From positions 4,651 through 68,650 of the forward strand of contig CAZUJN010000001.1 in assembly GCA_964620475.1 (NCBI GenBank): a stretch of DNA of 64,000 nt, given 5' to 3'. The DNA comes from an uncultured Candidatus Saccharibacteria bacterium. Lineage in GTDB: Bacteria; Patescibacteriota; Minisyncoccia; Phycocordibacterales; CAIZLB01. Shown here in pieces: positions 11,701-19,486 of this stretch; position 1 is the stretch's first letter, and each line of letters opens with the position of its first letter. The notes beneath the pieces were generated by a model. The model searched no databases. It was not told where the DNA came from and saw nothing but the letters and a program-made list of their open reading frames with translations. The translations under genes and the position numbers were made by a program.

Positions 11701-12751
11701 TAAATGTTTCAAATACCTTATCATAAGAAAGATTATTGAGTGAATAATTTTTATTTACGAACTCTTCTTTTATTAAATCCTGCAAACGTATATCATAATT
11801 TGATATTTTATTCACAAATAAAATAAAATCATTAATTTTTACTTCTCTAATATTCTTAAAAAAGACTTGCGCTTTGATCAGATTCTCTTCATTTATAATT
11901 TTTACCAAATCTTTTAAATAGTAAAAATCATTGTTCTCGAACTTAAATTTTATATATTTATTATTTATTAATATTTTCAATTGTTCTGATGATATATCGT
12001 CTAGATTGTATAGACTAAATTCATTCATTTCTCTATATACACCAGATTTATCAATAATCCTTATTTTTTCAATAGTATTTTCATCCACTCTATCAAAATT
12101 AAAAGTATGACGTATATCAATTTTCATCAGACATTCTAGAGAGATATTATTTTTTTTATTAAAAGAGTAAATTTGATTAGTTTTTTTTATTAAATCTTCT
12201 ACACTATAAAAATATTTTAATTCCCTTTGTTTGGAAGAAACCATCTTTAACAATTTCGCACCCTCATCATTTAACGGAAACTCAGCAAAATGTACCCCCC
12301 ACAAGTTATGAGATACCTTTTTCTTCTCAAACTCAGCTCTTAAATCTTCTTTGTTTTCTATATCCAAATTATCCAATATAAACTCAATTGTCTTAACCTT
12401 TTTTCTGTTTTCACCAAATCTATCACTATATGATTCAATAGTACTATTTATTCCTTTAGCTACACCCTCTAAAACCCTCTCTCCAAGTTTTTTTAACCTA
12501 TCTTTAAAATTCAGAGTATCTTTTTTTATAAGATCAAATTCACGCTCATACCCTCTTTTCTCTTCTTCGGATAGGTTTTCATCATTCAACAATGACTCGA
12601 TCTTCTGATTTGTTCCCTCTATATCATCAATAGTATTTTCCAAACCTATCACTGACTCATGTAGACGATTATTTATCACATCAGAAGCTACCTCTTTTTC
12701 GGTATCATTTATTCCTGTCTCATTTTTAATTATATCTCTTTCATCCTTCAT
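8741..12751 (-). CDS. Large hypothetical protein with C-terminal nucleotidyltransferase-like domain
   Basis: 1336-aa ORF; TGSTGRG...DFDFAV (GS...DxD) and downstream VDIGF. Confidence 0.6.
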   Translation of the reverse strand: MKDERDIIKNETGINDTEKEVASDVINNRLHESVIGLENTIDDIEGTNQKIESLLNDENLSEEEKRGYEREFDLIKKDTLNFKDRLKKLGERVLEGVAKGINSTIESYSDRFGENRKKVKTIEFILDNLDIENKEDLRAEFEKKKVSHNLWGVHFAEFPLNDEGAKLLKMVSSKQRELKYFYSVEDLIKKTNQIYSFNKKNNISLECLMKIDIRHTFNFDRVDENTIEKIRIIDKSGVYREMNEFSLYNLDDISSEQLKILINNKYIKFKFENNDFYYLKDLVKIINEENLIKAQVFFKNIREVKINDFILFVNKISNYDIRLQDLIKEEFVNKNYSLNNLSYDKVFETFNTLDGNKIDLLIYLVKKGYIRMTNSYELKKIDKFNHDLIYKIDSLEGLGYKNLEYYLDELNTLSETEFNIFIDIFKGFKDKIYINFNEIRSISKTVYKSFGNDYKWFIDIINRLDIHENIRVMGSSEDYLQKIKDYSDWVNSDKDIDLITLSNKAFGNNTSRGLETFDIGDIKKGIMNNNYNIINNSFINFNYVSKVLSEKGIVLSKDEENIMFNNVLNCYPNILTEEYEFTLDKQQKRSALNIIIVKEPLRCVINIYFIRNKYSDVFDEEDLNNLFNSAIQSCPLDLLNSKDFSFTPEQQRYIDLFKIMTESQSAELKNLSDQIIPMLAKYKNIEEAKKVLGGIEQIFLSNNIPLVGKQYKVFELMYGDKELDFGVNRSKVESLKNVKDNSKRRLIIFKDLLRSHIASCDENLYSYLQFLSENRSVISRFQSGESVSDEERQKIKFFIKKINVLSGHIGRYSLEIEDNLSDNTLKSELESISQAFGVKEGSDIISRFEQAFLRRVDIGSVEQALQKMDEYKQNAHQRNILNSSQGVIKIKQGDMIKGISSNFIDTYLDKGVYSPEFIGAETDNAKSTAKSSDSTPFDTDLSIFESEALKEGFTGYGDMYLILKQKEQFKKDELDIFKTGVINNKHYGIRTGFGSTNIDAICIDGEGFENVKYFIAQKGFYIPICNAEGKVTFTLDDFNRYKKTFAGTRKSKEVISLSDEWKKHEKILESKQTEGNIESITRVKDKLIDKIKSLLEENNILFHKGEYDDSLLGAIITDTGSTGRGSALDEKFDFDFAVKLDDKDWSKVNNLIIGIESIFEKNDSYENKGMRMFRSKELEMDGHKMTVDIGFVKKSDSATFDAHSGLHEKYNSIERIYGREKLLDVLTNIRFAKKKLKEAGCYKKGLGENGQQGGLGGIGVEYWILQNGGDAIKAFRDFAEVAYDNGQLISFEDFKRKYKIFSAGQNIRGGIKVENFVYNMAPEGYEKMSRLALELT

Positions 12752-12907
12752 TTATTTGTTTAAATTAGATCTTATCTTTTTAAGCTTATTTAATTCTATA
12801 CTTTTTCTTATCCTATTTAGTAAACTGACTTGACGAGACCTTAAAACCCCGATATCAACCCTGAGATCTTTCAATAATATTGATATTTTATCAAACTCTA
12901 AATTCAT
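12752..12907 (-). CDS. Small hypothetical protein
   Basis: MNLEFDKIS...; its TAA directly abuts the ATG of the 1336-aa gene; start uncertain (ORF track gives 12955). Confidence 0.45.
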   Translation of the reverse strand: MNLEFDKISILLKDLRVDIGVLRSRQVSLLNRIRKSIELNKLKKIRSNLNK

Positions 12908-13012
12908 ATATTTATATATACATATTATCATATTTGTTAATAAAAATTGATTCACTCACGTATATAAGTTCAAAGGTATAACCTTTTATTAAAAATAAAC
13001 AAAACAAACATA

Positions 13013-13288
13013 ATGACAATAAAAGAATTTGCATATAAACATAGCCTGACCTTCTTTTGGTCTACTATAGTTTTGGCGATAATAATATTATTAATGCTAG
13101 TTGCCGGTCTTGACAGAAACAGATTTGAAAACAAAAGAGACTTTGGAAACAGAGACCTTGATAGACGTGGTGGACAGATGATGGACCGATACAATACACG
13201 CGGTCAATATATGAGAAATCAACCACCACAAAAAGAACAAGTATTGCCATTGGATAACACATCCTCATCCTCTTCACAAACACAATAA
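13013..13288 (+). CDS. Single-TM hypothetical protein
   Basis: Hydrophobic N-terminal helix, polar tail, terminator downstream. Confidence 0.65.
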   Translation: MTIKEFAYKHSLTFFWSTIVLAIIILLMLVAGLDRNRFENKRDFGNRDLDRRGGQMMDRYNTRGQYMRNQPPQKEQVLPLDNTSSSSSQTQ

Positions 13289-13312
13289 TTTATTGATATA
13301 ATATAAGCAACA

Positions 13313-13347
13313 TAAAAACCGCTATTAAAATCTTTGCAGCGGTTTTT
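13313..13347. terminator. Bidirectional terminator
   Basis: AAAAACCGCT...AGCGGTTTTT between convergent genes. Confidence 0.6.
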
Positions 13348-13351
13348 ATTT

Positions 13352-13681
13352 TTATAAATATTTTTCTCCGTATTTCAATAGAGCATTAACTATTGTTTTT
13401 AAACCCCTACCCCTTTCTGTTAGAGAATATTCAACATGGGGCGGTTTAGCTTTATATTCAGTCCTGAGAACTAATTTTTGATCTTCAAGTTGCTTTAGCT
13501 TTTGAGTAATAGTCCTAGTACTTACACCCTCAAGGTGATCACATAGAACACCGAATCTCTTTGATCCATTTAAAAGTTCTTTTATTATTATGAGTATCAC
13601 AGTATCACCTACAAGATTGGCTGCTTTGGCTATGGGACAGCCTGTGCAGATCTTTTTTTGTTGTGATTTAGTCCTAAGCAT
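13352..13681 (-). CDS. HxlR-family winged-helix regulator
   Basis: CPI, RFG.L, PPHVEYSLTERG; divergent from a nitroreductase. Confidence 0.92.
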   Translation of the reverse strand: MLRTKSQQKKICTGCPIAKAANLVGDTVILIIIKELLNGSKRFGVLCDHLEGVSTRTITQKLKQLEDQKLVLRTEYKAKPPHVEYSLTERGRGLKTIVNALLKYGEKYL

Positions 13682-13745
13682 ATATATAAAATAACATTTT
13701 TTCTAATACTTTACAAATGAAAGTATAAAGACTATAATTATCTCT

Positions 13746-14378
13746 ATGACAAATATAATAGAATCATTAAATTGGAGATATGCCACAAAAGCATATGATT
13801 CAAGTAAAAAATTAACACAAGAACAAATTAACAATTTATTGGAAGTGATAAGACTATCCCCTTCCTCATATGGATTACAGCCATATAAAGTAATACACGT
13901 TAAAACTCCAGAGATTAGAGAAAAGCTAAAAGCTGCATCTTGGGGACAAACACAGATAACAGATGCTTCTGATTTGTTTGTATTTGCAGTACCCACAAAT
14001 CTAAATGATAAAGATGTTGATGATTTTATAAATCTTGTTGCTACAGTTCGTGGAGCACAAGCTGAACAATTAAAAGGTTATGCAGATATGATAAAAGGTT
14101 CTATAAACGGAAGAGATGACGCTGGTAGAGTTTCTTGGGCAGCAAAACAAGCATATATAGCACTAGGTTTATTATTGGAAGCTGCTGCTTTAGAAAAAAT
14201 AGATGCTACCCCTATGGAAGGCTTTGATAATGCACAATACAATGAGATATTAGGTTTAAATGAACAAAACCTAACATCTGTAGTAGTCGCAGCGGTTGGT
14301 TATAGATCAGAGACAGATGAATATATAAATCTAAAAAAAGTCAGAAAAGATATAAAAGACTTGGTTATAGAGAAATAG
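13746..14378 (+). CDS. NAD(P)H nitroreductase (NfsB-like)
   Basis: LNWRYATK, SPSSYGLQP, IDATPMEGFD. Confidence 0.93.
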   Translation: MTNIIESLNWRYATKAYDSSKKLTQEQINNLLEVIRLSPSSYGLQPYKVIHVKTPEIREKLKAASWGQTQITDASDLFVFAVPTNLNDKDVDDFINLVATVRGAQAEQLKGYADMIKGSINGRDDAGRVSWAAKQAYIALGLLLEAAALEKIDATPMEGFDNAQYNEILGLNEQNLTSVVVAAVGYRSETDEYINLKKVRKDIKDLVIEK

Positions 14379-14389
14379 CAAAAAACCAC

Positions 14390-14905
14390 CTATTGGTGGT
14401 TTTTTAAATAACATTCCCACAAATATTTTATTCCGCTTCTAGTCAAAGTTTCCATAACATCTCTTTTATCTACCCAAACAAAATCAGCGATAGCCTTCTC
14501 ATCTTCTGAAACATCGTCTTTTTCTAAATCCTTAAGTTGAGTAATAACTAAATGATAGTGAGCCAAACGATTAACATTTTTAACAGGATGAAAAAATAAT
14601 CCATGTGATACAAAATCTGTTTTTTGTATTTCTCCTACATTTTTATATCCTGTTTCTTCATGTATTTCTTTTCTAACCGTATCTTCTAATGTATCTCCTT
14701 CTTCTATACCGCCTGTGACAAAACCATTCCAGACAGATTGTTTCCATTTTGCTATAAGATAAGAATCTTCTGTTGGGTGTTTTATGATTATAGCTATAGG
14801 ATCACGTTCTATAATAGGTTTGCCTTCCTGAAATTGATCAGATCCACCTTCTAAGTTTATATCTATACCCGGATATTTTTGTCTAAATTCTTCTATGGTT
14901 GTCAT
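14390..14905 (-). CDS. NUDIX hydrolase
   Basis: Nudix box GGIEEGDTLEDTVRKEIHEETG. Confidence 0.88.
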   Translation of the reverse strand: MTTIEEFRQKYPGIDINLEGGSDQFQEGKPIIERDPIAIIIKHPTEDSYLIAKWKQSVWNGFVTGGIEEGDTLEDTVRKEIHEETGYKNVGEIQKTDFVSHGLFFHPVKNVNRLAHYHLVITQLKDLEKDDVSEDEKAIADFVWVDKRDVMETLTRSGIKYLWECYLKNHQ

Positions 14906-14932
14906 GATATGATTATAATATATAATGAAAAT

Positions 14933-15553
14933 ATGGAAAAACCTGAAACAGAAAACCTAGAATTACAAAGAGAAAAGGTTAAAAAATTATACGACAAAGC
15001 CGCACCTGTTTATGATGAGCGCTACGAAGGCGAAGCTGATTATCAAGTTCCTGGGATATTACAAGATTTTTACAAAGAAAATGGAATAGGATCTGGCTTA
15101 GTTTTAGATATAGGTTGTGGTACAGGAAGTATCATGAATTATCTTGGTGATAATTTTACATATAAAGTAATAGATATGTCCCCTGCTATGGCAATAGAAG
15201 CAAAGAAAAAAGGATTAGATGTTGAAGTTGGTCCCGTTGAGGATGTTATTAAAAGATTTCCGGATAAATCCGTCGATCACATAACCGCGATGAGTATGCT
15301 TTATTTTGTAAAAGATTTTGCAGGGTTGATGAAAGAGTTTGAGAGGGTGGCAAGAAAAAGTATTTTTGTTTCTTTAGATAATTTTGATGATGAGACTGTA
15401 GAGATGATGAGAGGTTTAGGTATAAATCTATATAATCATGATTCATCTCTGATAGATGATCCAAAAGAGGTTAAGAAAAATGTTTACCTGTGGTGCAAGC
15501 CAGAGAATAAAGAAAAGATTTACGGTGATGTTGTGTTTAAGAGGTTGGGGTAA
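14933..15553 (+). CDS. Class I SAM-dependent methyltransferase
   Basis: VLDIGCGTG motif I, DMSPAM; ATG 14933 preceded by TATAAT. Confidence 0.88.
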   Translation: MEKPETENLELQREKVKKLYDKAAPVYDERYEGEADYQVPGILQDFYKENGIGSGLVLDIGCGTGSIMNYLGDNFTYKVIDMSPAMAIEAKKKGLDVEVGPVEDVIKRFPDKSVDHITAMSMLYFVKDFAGLMKEFERVARKSIFVSLDNFDDETVEMMRGLGINLYNHDSSLIDDPKEVKKNVYLWCKPENKEKIYGDVVFKRLG

Positions 15554-15556
15554 AAC

Positions 15557-15580
15557 TGCGGAGAGTCTCGGGTTAGAACC
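15557..15580 (-). repeat. Degenerate copy of a tRNA-Ser 3' end (possible att scar)
   Basis: Minus strand GGTTCTAACCCGAGACTCTCCGCA resembles GGTTCGAATCCCTCCGTCTCCGCCA of the tRNA at 16126. Confidence 0.35.
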
Positions 15581-15653
15581 GTTTGATGTTAAGACCGGTA
15601 AGGTTGGTTTAAAACAATAGACCGTTGTTTAATTAATAGGTCTCGAGTGTGAC

Positions 15654-16070
15654 CTATATCTTTCTTTTTCTTAAAAACATTTTTAATCCCATAACAACAG
15701 TCCATATAAAAACACCCAAAGACAATAGAGGGTAAACAAATGAGGCGGAGATAATAGCATCTTCAGGGTTATCTAAATCATAATAAACGATAACAGTTTC
15801 GCCAACAACATATTGGTTGGTTTTTATACTGTCGTGCTGTGTAAAAGTATGTGCAATATTATTGCTATCAACATATGAAACATCAACAGCATAATCACTT
15901 CCTGCCTTCCTGTATCCACCCGAGTTTTCTCGCCAATCAGTCACAGTACCTTGAGCCTGATTACCACATAAAATCAATAAAATATCATTCACGGAAAAAT
16001 AAAACGCGCTGAGAGATAGTAATCCGATAAAAATTAAAACAAATGGATGGTATTTTTTATTTTTTTTCAT
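15654..16070 (-). CDS. DUF3592-like membrane protein
   Basis: TM-GTV...YVVGETVIVYYDLDNPEDA-TM architecture. Confidence 0.75.
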   Translation of the reverse strand: MKKNKKYHPFVLIFIGLLSLSAFYFSVNDILLILCGNQAQGTVTDWRENSGGYRKAGSDYAVDVSYVDSNNIAHTFTQHDSIKTNQYVVGETVIVYYDLDNPEDAIISASFVYPLLSLGVFIWTVVMGLKMFLRKRKI

Positions 16071-16125
16071 ATGTAAATTATAACTTGCAAATCCTCAAAT
16101 TCCTACATCTCGAGCATGCTCGACT

Positions 16126-16217
16126 TGGCGGAGACGGAGGGATTCGAACCCTCGGGACCCTTTTAAAAGCCCACCTCTTTAGCAAAGAGGCACATTCGAC
16201 CACTCTGACACGTCTCC
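16126..16217 (-). tRNA. tRNA-Ser(GCT)
   Basis: GGAGACG/CGTCTCC acceptor, CCTCT-TTGCTAA-AGAGG anticodon arm, long variable arm, GGTTCGAATCC, encoded CCA. Confidence 0.95.
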
Positions 16218-16320
16218 ATATACCTATATATAACACAAAACCCTGAGATTCAATAATTGATTTTCCAAAAATATATTGATATGATTAAATTATTAGCAGC
16301 TAACTATTTAAATCAAATTT

Positions 16321-16512
16321 ATGGAATTATTTGGACTAGGAGTACCTGAAATCACTTTAATATTAGTAGTCTTTCTGGTTTTTTTTGGAAAAGACAAACT
16401 TCCTGAACTTGCAAGGAGTATAGGAACATCTTTCAAAGAACTTAAGAAAGGTTTTAGTACAGAAGCTGACTCAAAAGAAAAGACTGATGACAATACAAAA
16501 AAATCAAAATAG
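16321..16512 (+). CDS. tatA: Twin-arginine translocase TatA/E
   Basis: FGLG.PE, TM helix, FG hinge, KLPELARSIG..FKELKKG. Confidence 0.92.
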   Translation: MELFGLGVPEITLILVVFLVFFGKDKLPELARSIGTSFKELKKGFSTEADSKEKTDDNTKKSK

Positions 16513-17221
16513 TGATTTGAGTATATTGGAGCATATTATAGAACTTAGGAATAGAATAATTCTATGCGTGCTAGTTATTATTATTGGTTCAGCTATCGCT
16601 CATTTTTTTCATGAACAAATTATTAGTTTTATTTTAAAACCTATCGATGGGCAAAAACTTGTATTCCTTTCCCCTCTTGATCCTTTATTTTTTATTTTGA
16701 AAATTGATTTAGTAGTTGGAATTTTAATATCATTACCTATTATAGTTTGGTCTGTATTTTCATATATAAAACCGATTATAACAAATAAGCTCAACTATTT
16801 GATACATGTTATATATTTATCATCAACCTTATTAGTTTTGACGGCTCTTGGTTATGCATATTTTATAATAGTACCGCTTATATTAAAGTTTTTATCATCA
16901 ATCACAATCCCTGGAATAGAAAGTGCTATTACAGCTCAAAACTATCTTAGTTTTTTTATTACACAAATACTCATAATCACACTTGTATTTCAAATTCCTT
17001 TATTTATTATTCTTGGAATTTATATAGGAGTTTTTAATACAAGATTATTGGGCTCAAAACGAGGTTATATATATGTTGGTATGACTATAGTACTTTCAAT
17101 ACTAACACCGACACCAGACATATTTAGTCTTGGTATTATTCTAATTCCCGCTTTATTTATATTTGAAATAAGTTTAATTATAGGTAGAATTGTAGAGAAA
17201 TTTAAGAAGAAGAAAATTTAG
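16487..17221 (+). CDS. tatC: Twin-arginine translocase TatC (divergent)
   Basis: EHIIELRNR, FQIP, LTPTPD, FEIS; six TM helices; overlaps tatA. Confidence 0.92.
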   Translation: MTIQKNQNSDLSILEHIIELRNRIILCVLVIIIGSAIAHFFHEQIISFILKPIDGQKLVFLSPLDPLFFILKIDLVVGILISLPIIVWSVFSYIKPIITNKLNYLIHVIYLSSTLLVLTALGYAYFIIVPLILKFLSSITIPGIESAITAQNYLSFFITQILIITLVFQIPLFIILGIYIGVFNTRLLGSKRGYIYVGMTIVLSILTPTPDIFSLGIILIPALFIFEISLIIGRIVEKFKKKKI

Positions 17222-17237
17222 ACCCAAACCACGCGAA

Positions 17238-17274
17238 CAAAAAAAACAGCACTTACTCGAAGTGTTGTTTTTTT
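17238..17274. terminator. Bidirectional terminator between tatC and the fibre-like gene
   Basis: AAAAAAACAGCACTT-loop-AAGTGTTGTTTTTT. Confidence 0.65.
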
Positions 17275-17299
17275 ATTATTGATGAGACCTTGTTTATAA

Positions 17300-19234
17300 T
17301 TATCTACCAATAGCTGCCAAGAATGTATCAACCCGAGCTTTAAATGCAACAATTTCATCTGTTGTAAGCGTTGAACCCGCTGCTGCTATTTTCAAGTTTG
17401 CATTACTATAGTTCAATGTAGTTCCGTTTCCGTTCAATGCCAACAAAAACAGATTGTGTGTTGACCTCCCTGTTGGAACAGAAGCATAACTGTTTGTCCA
17501 AGCATTATGACCTGCCAGTGTGGTTGTTCCGTTAGTTATGTTTACATATGAATGTCCCGCAAAGTTTGATACCGGTTGTGTAAACGTTGAACCTGTATTA
17601 TTCTCGTTAGCTCTAAATCGTATGTATTCAGTTCCACCTGGCTTATAACTATCAATAATCGAACGAGCAACACCGTTAGTCACCGCCCCTATAAATACAC
17701 CATTATCGGTTGGATCAACTGTACCATTTTTTAGATAAATAAACTGATCGTTTGTCCCACCAAAATCTGATGGCTTAAGTCCTGTATTACCGTAGGCATC
17801 TGTACCGTTACCTGTCACACCATTCGCGTCGTGTGTTGGGTTACCGGACCAAGTTATGTTATAAACACCTTTCAAATCCTTGCTTTGTGTTGTTCCCGTT
17901 GTTCCTTCAAATGTCCATATAGCAGCCAGCTTTGACCAGAGCCCGTCAGTTTTAAGTCCTGTAACAAAGTTATTGTATGCTGTCTGTCTTGCTGGATCCG
18001 TAACACTTGCAGCAGAAATAAATGCTGCAGCATCAGAATCAACTGCACCAGTGTAATTTAGATTGGCTTTCCAATAAATATAACTACCGTCATAATACCA
18101 TTCTAGAATATCTACAGCATCCGGAGCAGAAGATAAAGTTATAATACCGTTTCCGCCGTTAGGTGTTTTACTTCCACCTGGTAGAGTTAATGTCCTTGAA
18201 CCGTTTGAGTCTTGTGTCACGATCAATTTTCCACTCATCCCCTCTATCAATCCACTGAATGTCAAAGTTCTATTTCCTCCAAGTGTCACTTTGGCATTTT
18301 GACTATTATGAAATTTAGTTACTACCCAAGTTATAACAATGTCATCTGTTAGTGTTTGAAATGATGGATTAGTACCATTTGACCAGACACCTCTCTTACT
18401 GAAAGTAACCATATCAGCACCAGTAATCACACCGTTAGTAGTATTGTAACCACCATTTGCACCAGTAACTGTTCCTTTATGAAAGAATCTTAACTCTGTG
18501 TCATCACCTGATTGGTCAACAGGTACTGCTTGCCACTGAATACTGTTATCAACTTCGATCAACCGTGTTGCTGTTCCTGTTCCGCTTCCTGCACCTGTTG
18601 CAACGAATCTAACCCCGACAGTGTTTGATGATGCACCGATCGCGGTGAAATCAGTTGTACCTATAGTTTTGATTATGTAAGTGTATGGTGTTGGTGGTGC
18701 AAAAACAAAACTACCAGCATTAACCGGAGAACCGGTCTCCACAAGCGACTTCGTCTGCATCGATATAGCTTTTGAAGTCTTTTTAGGGTCGGTCACACTA
18801 GTCGCACCAGACACCATATGCAAATAGTTAGCATCACGAACGGAAGCGTTGTTACCAAACTGAACAGGTCCAGGAGCGATGATAGCCATACGCCAAGCCA
18901 AGTTAAAGATTAACTCACCGCCGACACCATCGTGACCTTCCCACATATAGATGTTGGTACCGGGTGCTCCTGTTCTTGTCAACCAAGTTATACCTTGCAT
19001 ATCAGGTATGTATATATTACCCACACCACCGAAAGCAGCTGAGTTTTCTGGGTTAGTCCAATCACCTGTTATCAAATTCCCATCTGCATTAAATTGTGGT
19101 ACCTTTAATGAACCTCCGTTTTGAGAAATATCAAATTTAAGGGTACCGTCTGTGTTATGTGATACCGATAAATATTCATTTAGTATTCCTCCCCATGTTC
19201 CTGAATCATCTCCTACATTAGGTAGTCTTGGCAT
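17300..19234 (-). CDS. Phage tail-fibre-like mosaic protein with RLP..GDD.GTWG..LN N-terminal motif
   Basis: G/T/N-rich beta-type sequence; VTLGGNRTL...IVTQD..GSRTL module; no Sec signal peptide; GC visibly above flanks. Confidence 0.6.
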   Translation of the reverse strand: MPRLPNVGDDSGTWGGILNEYLSVSHNTDGTLKFDISQNGGSLKVPQFNADGNLITGDWTNPENSAAFGGVGNIYIPDMQGITWLTRTGAPGTNIYMWEGHDGVGGELIFNLAWRMAIIAPGPVQFGNNASVRDANYLHMVSGATSVTDPKKTSKAISMQTKSLVETGSPVNAGSFVFAPPTPYTYIIKTIGTTDFTAIGASSNTVGVRFVATGAGSGTGTATRLIEVDNSIQWQAVPVDQSGDDTELRFFHKGTVTGANGGYNTTNGVITGADMVTFSKRGVWSNGTNPSFQTLTDDIVITWVVTKFHNSQNAKVTLGGNRTLTFSGLIEGMSGKLIVTQDSNGSRTLTLPGGSKTPNGGNGIITLSSAPDAVDILEWYYDGSYIYWKANLNYTGAVDSDAAAFISAASVTDPARQTAYNNFVTGLKTDGLWSKLAAIWTFEGTTGTTQSKDLKGVYNITWSGNPTHDANGVTGNGTDAYGNTGLKPSDFGGTNDQFIYLKNGTVDPTDNGVFIGAVTNGVARSIIDSYKPGGTEYIRFRANENNTGSTFTQPVSNFAGHSYVNITNGTTTLAGHNAWTNSYASVPTGRSTHNLFLLALNGNGTTLNYSNANLKIAAAGSTLTTDEIVAFKARVDTFLAAIGR

Positions 19235-19486
19235 TTTTTGTGTTTTTTAAATTTAAATTAATATTTACTAATTATCTTAATAATACTTTATATTAAACCC
19301 TAAGGCAAACTTGTTTGCTCTGAAAATATATACCGTGATATACTTTTTATATGTTAGACAAAAAAATCACTCGAAAACAATTTATTTTATCCGGACTTTC
19401 ACTTTTTGGAATACTTTTGATGAATAAAATACCTAAAAACATTGTTACTAACAATAAAACAAATAACTCTTATGGGGTAAGTACAT

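Noticed and set aside
8741-13288. Canonical CBASS operon
   Set aside because: No recognisable Cap effector or ancillary genes, and the protein is far larger than typical CD-NTases; kept only as an NTase candidate.
17300-19234. Prophage
   Set aside because: Only one fibre-like gene; no terminase, capsid, portal or integrase.
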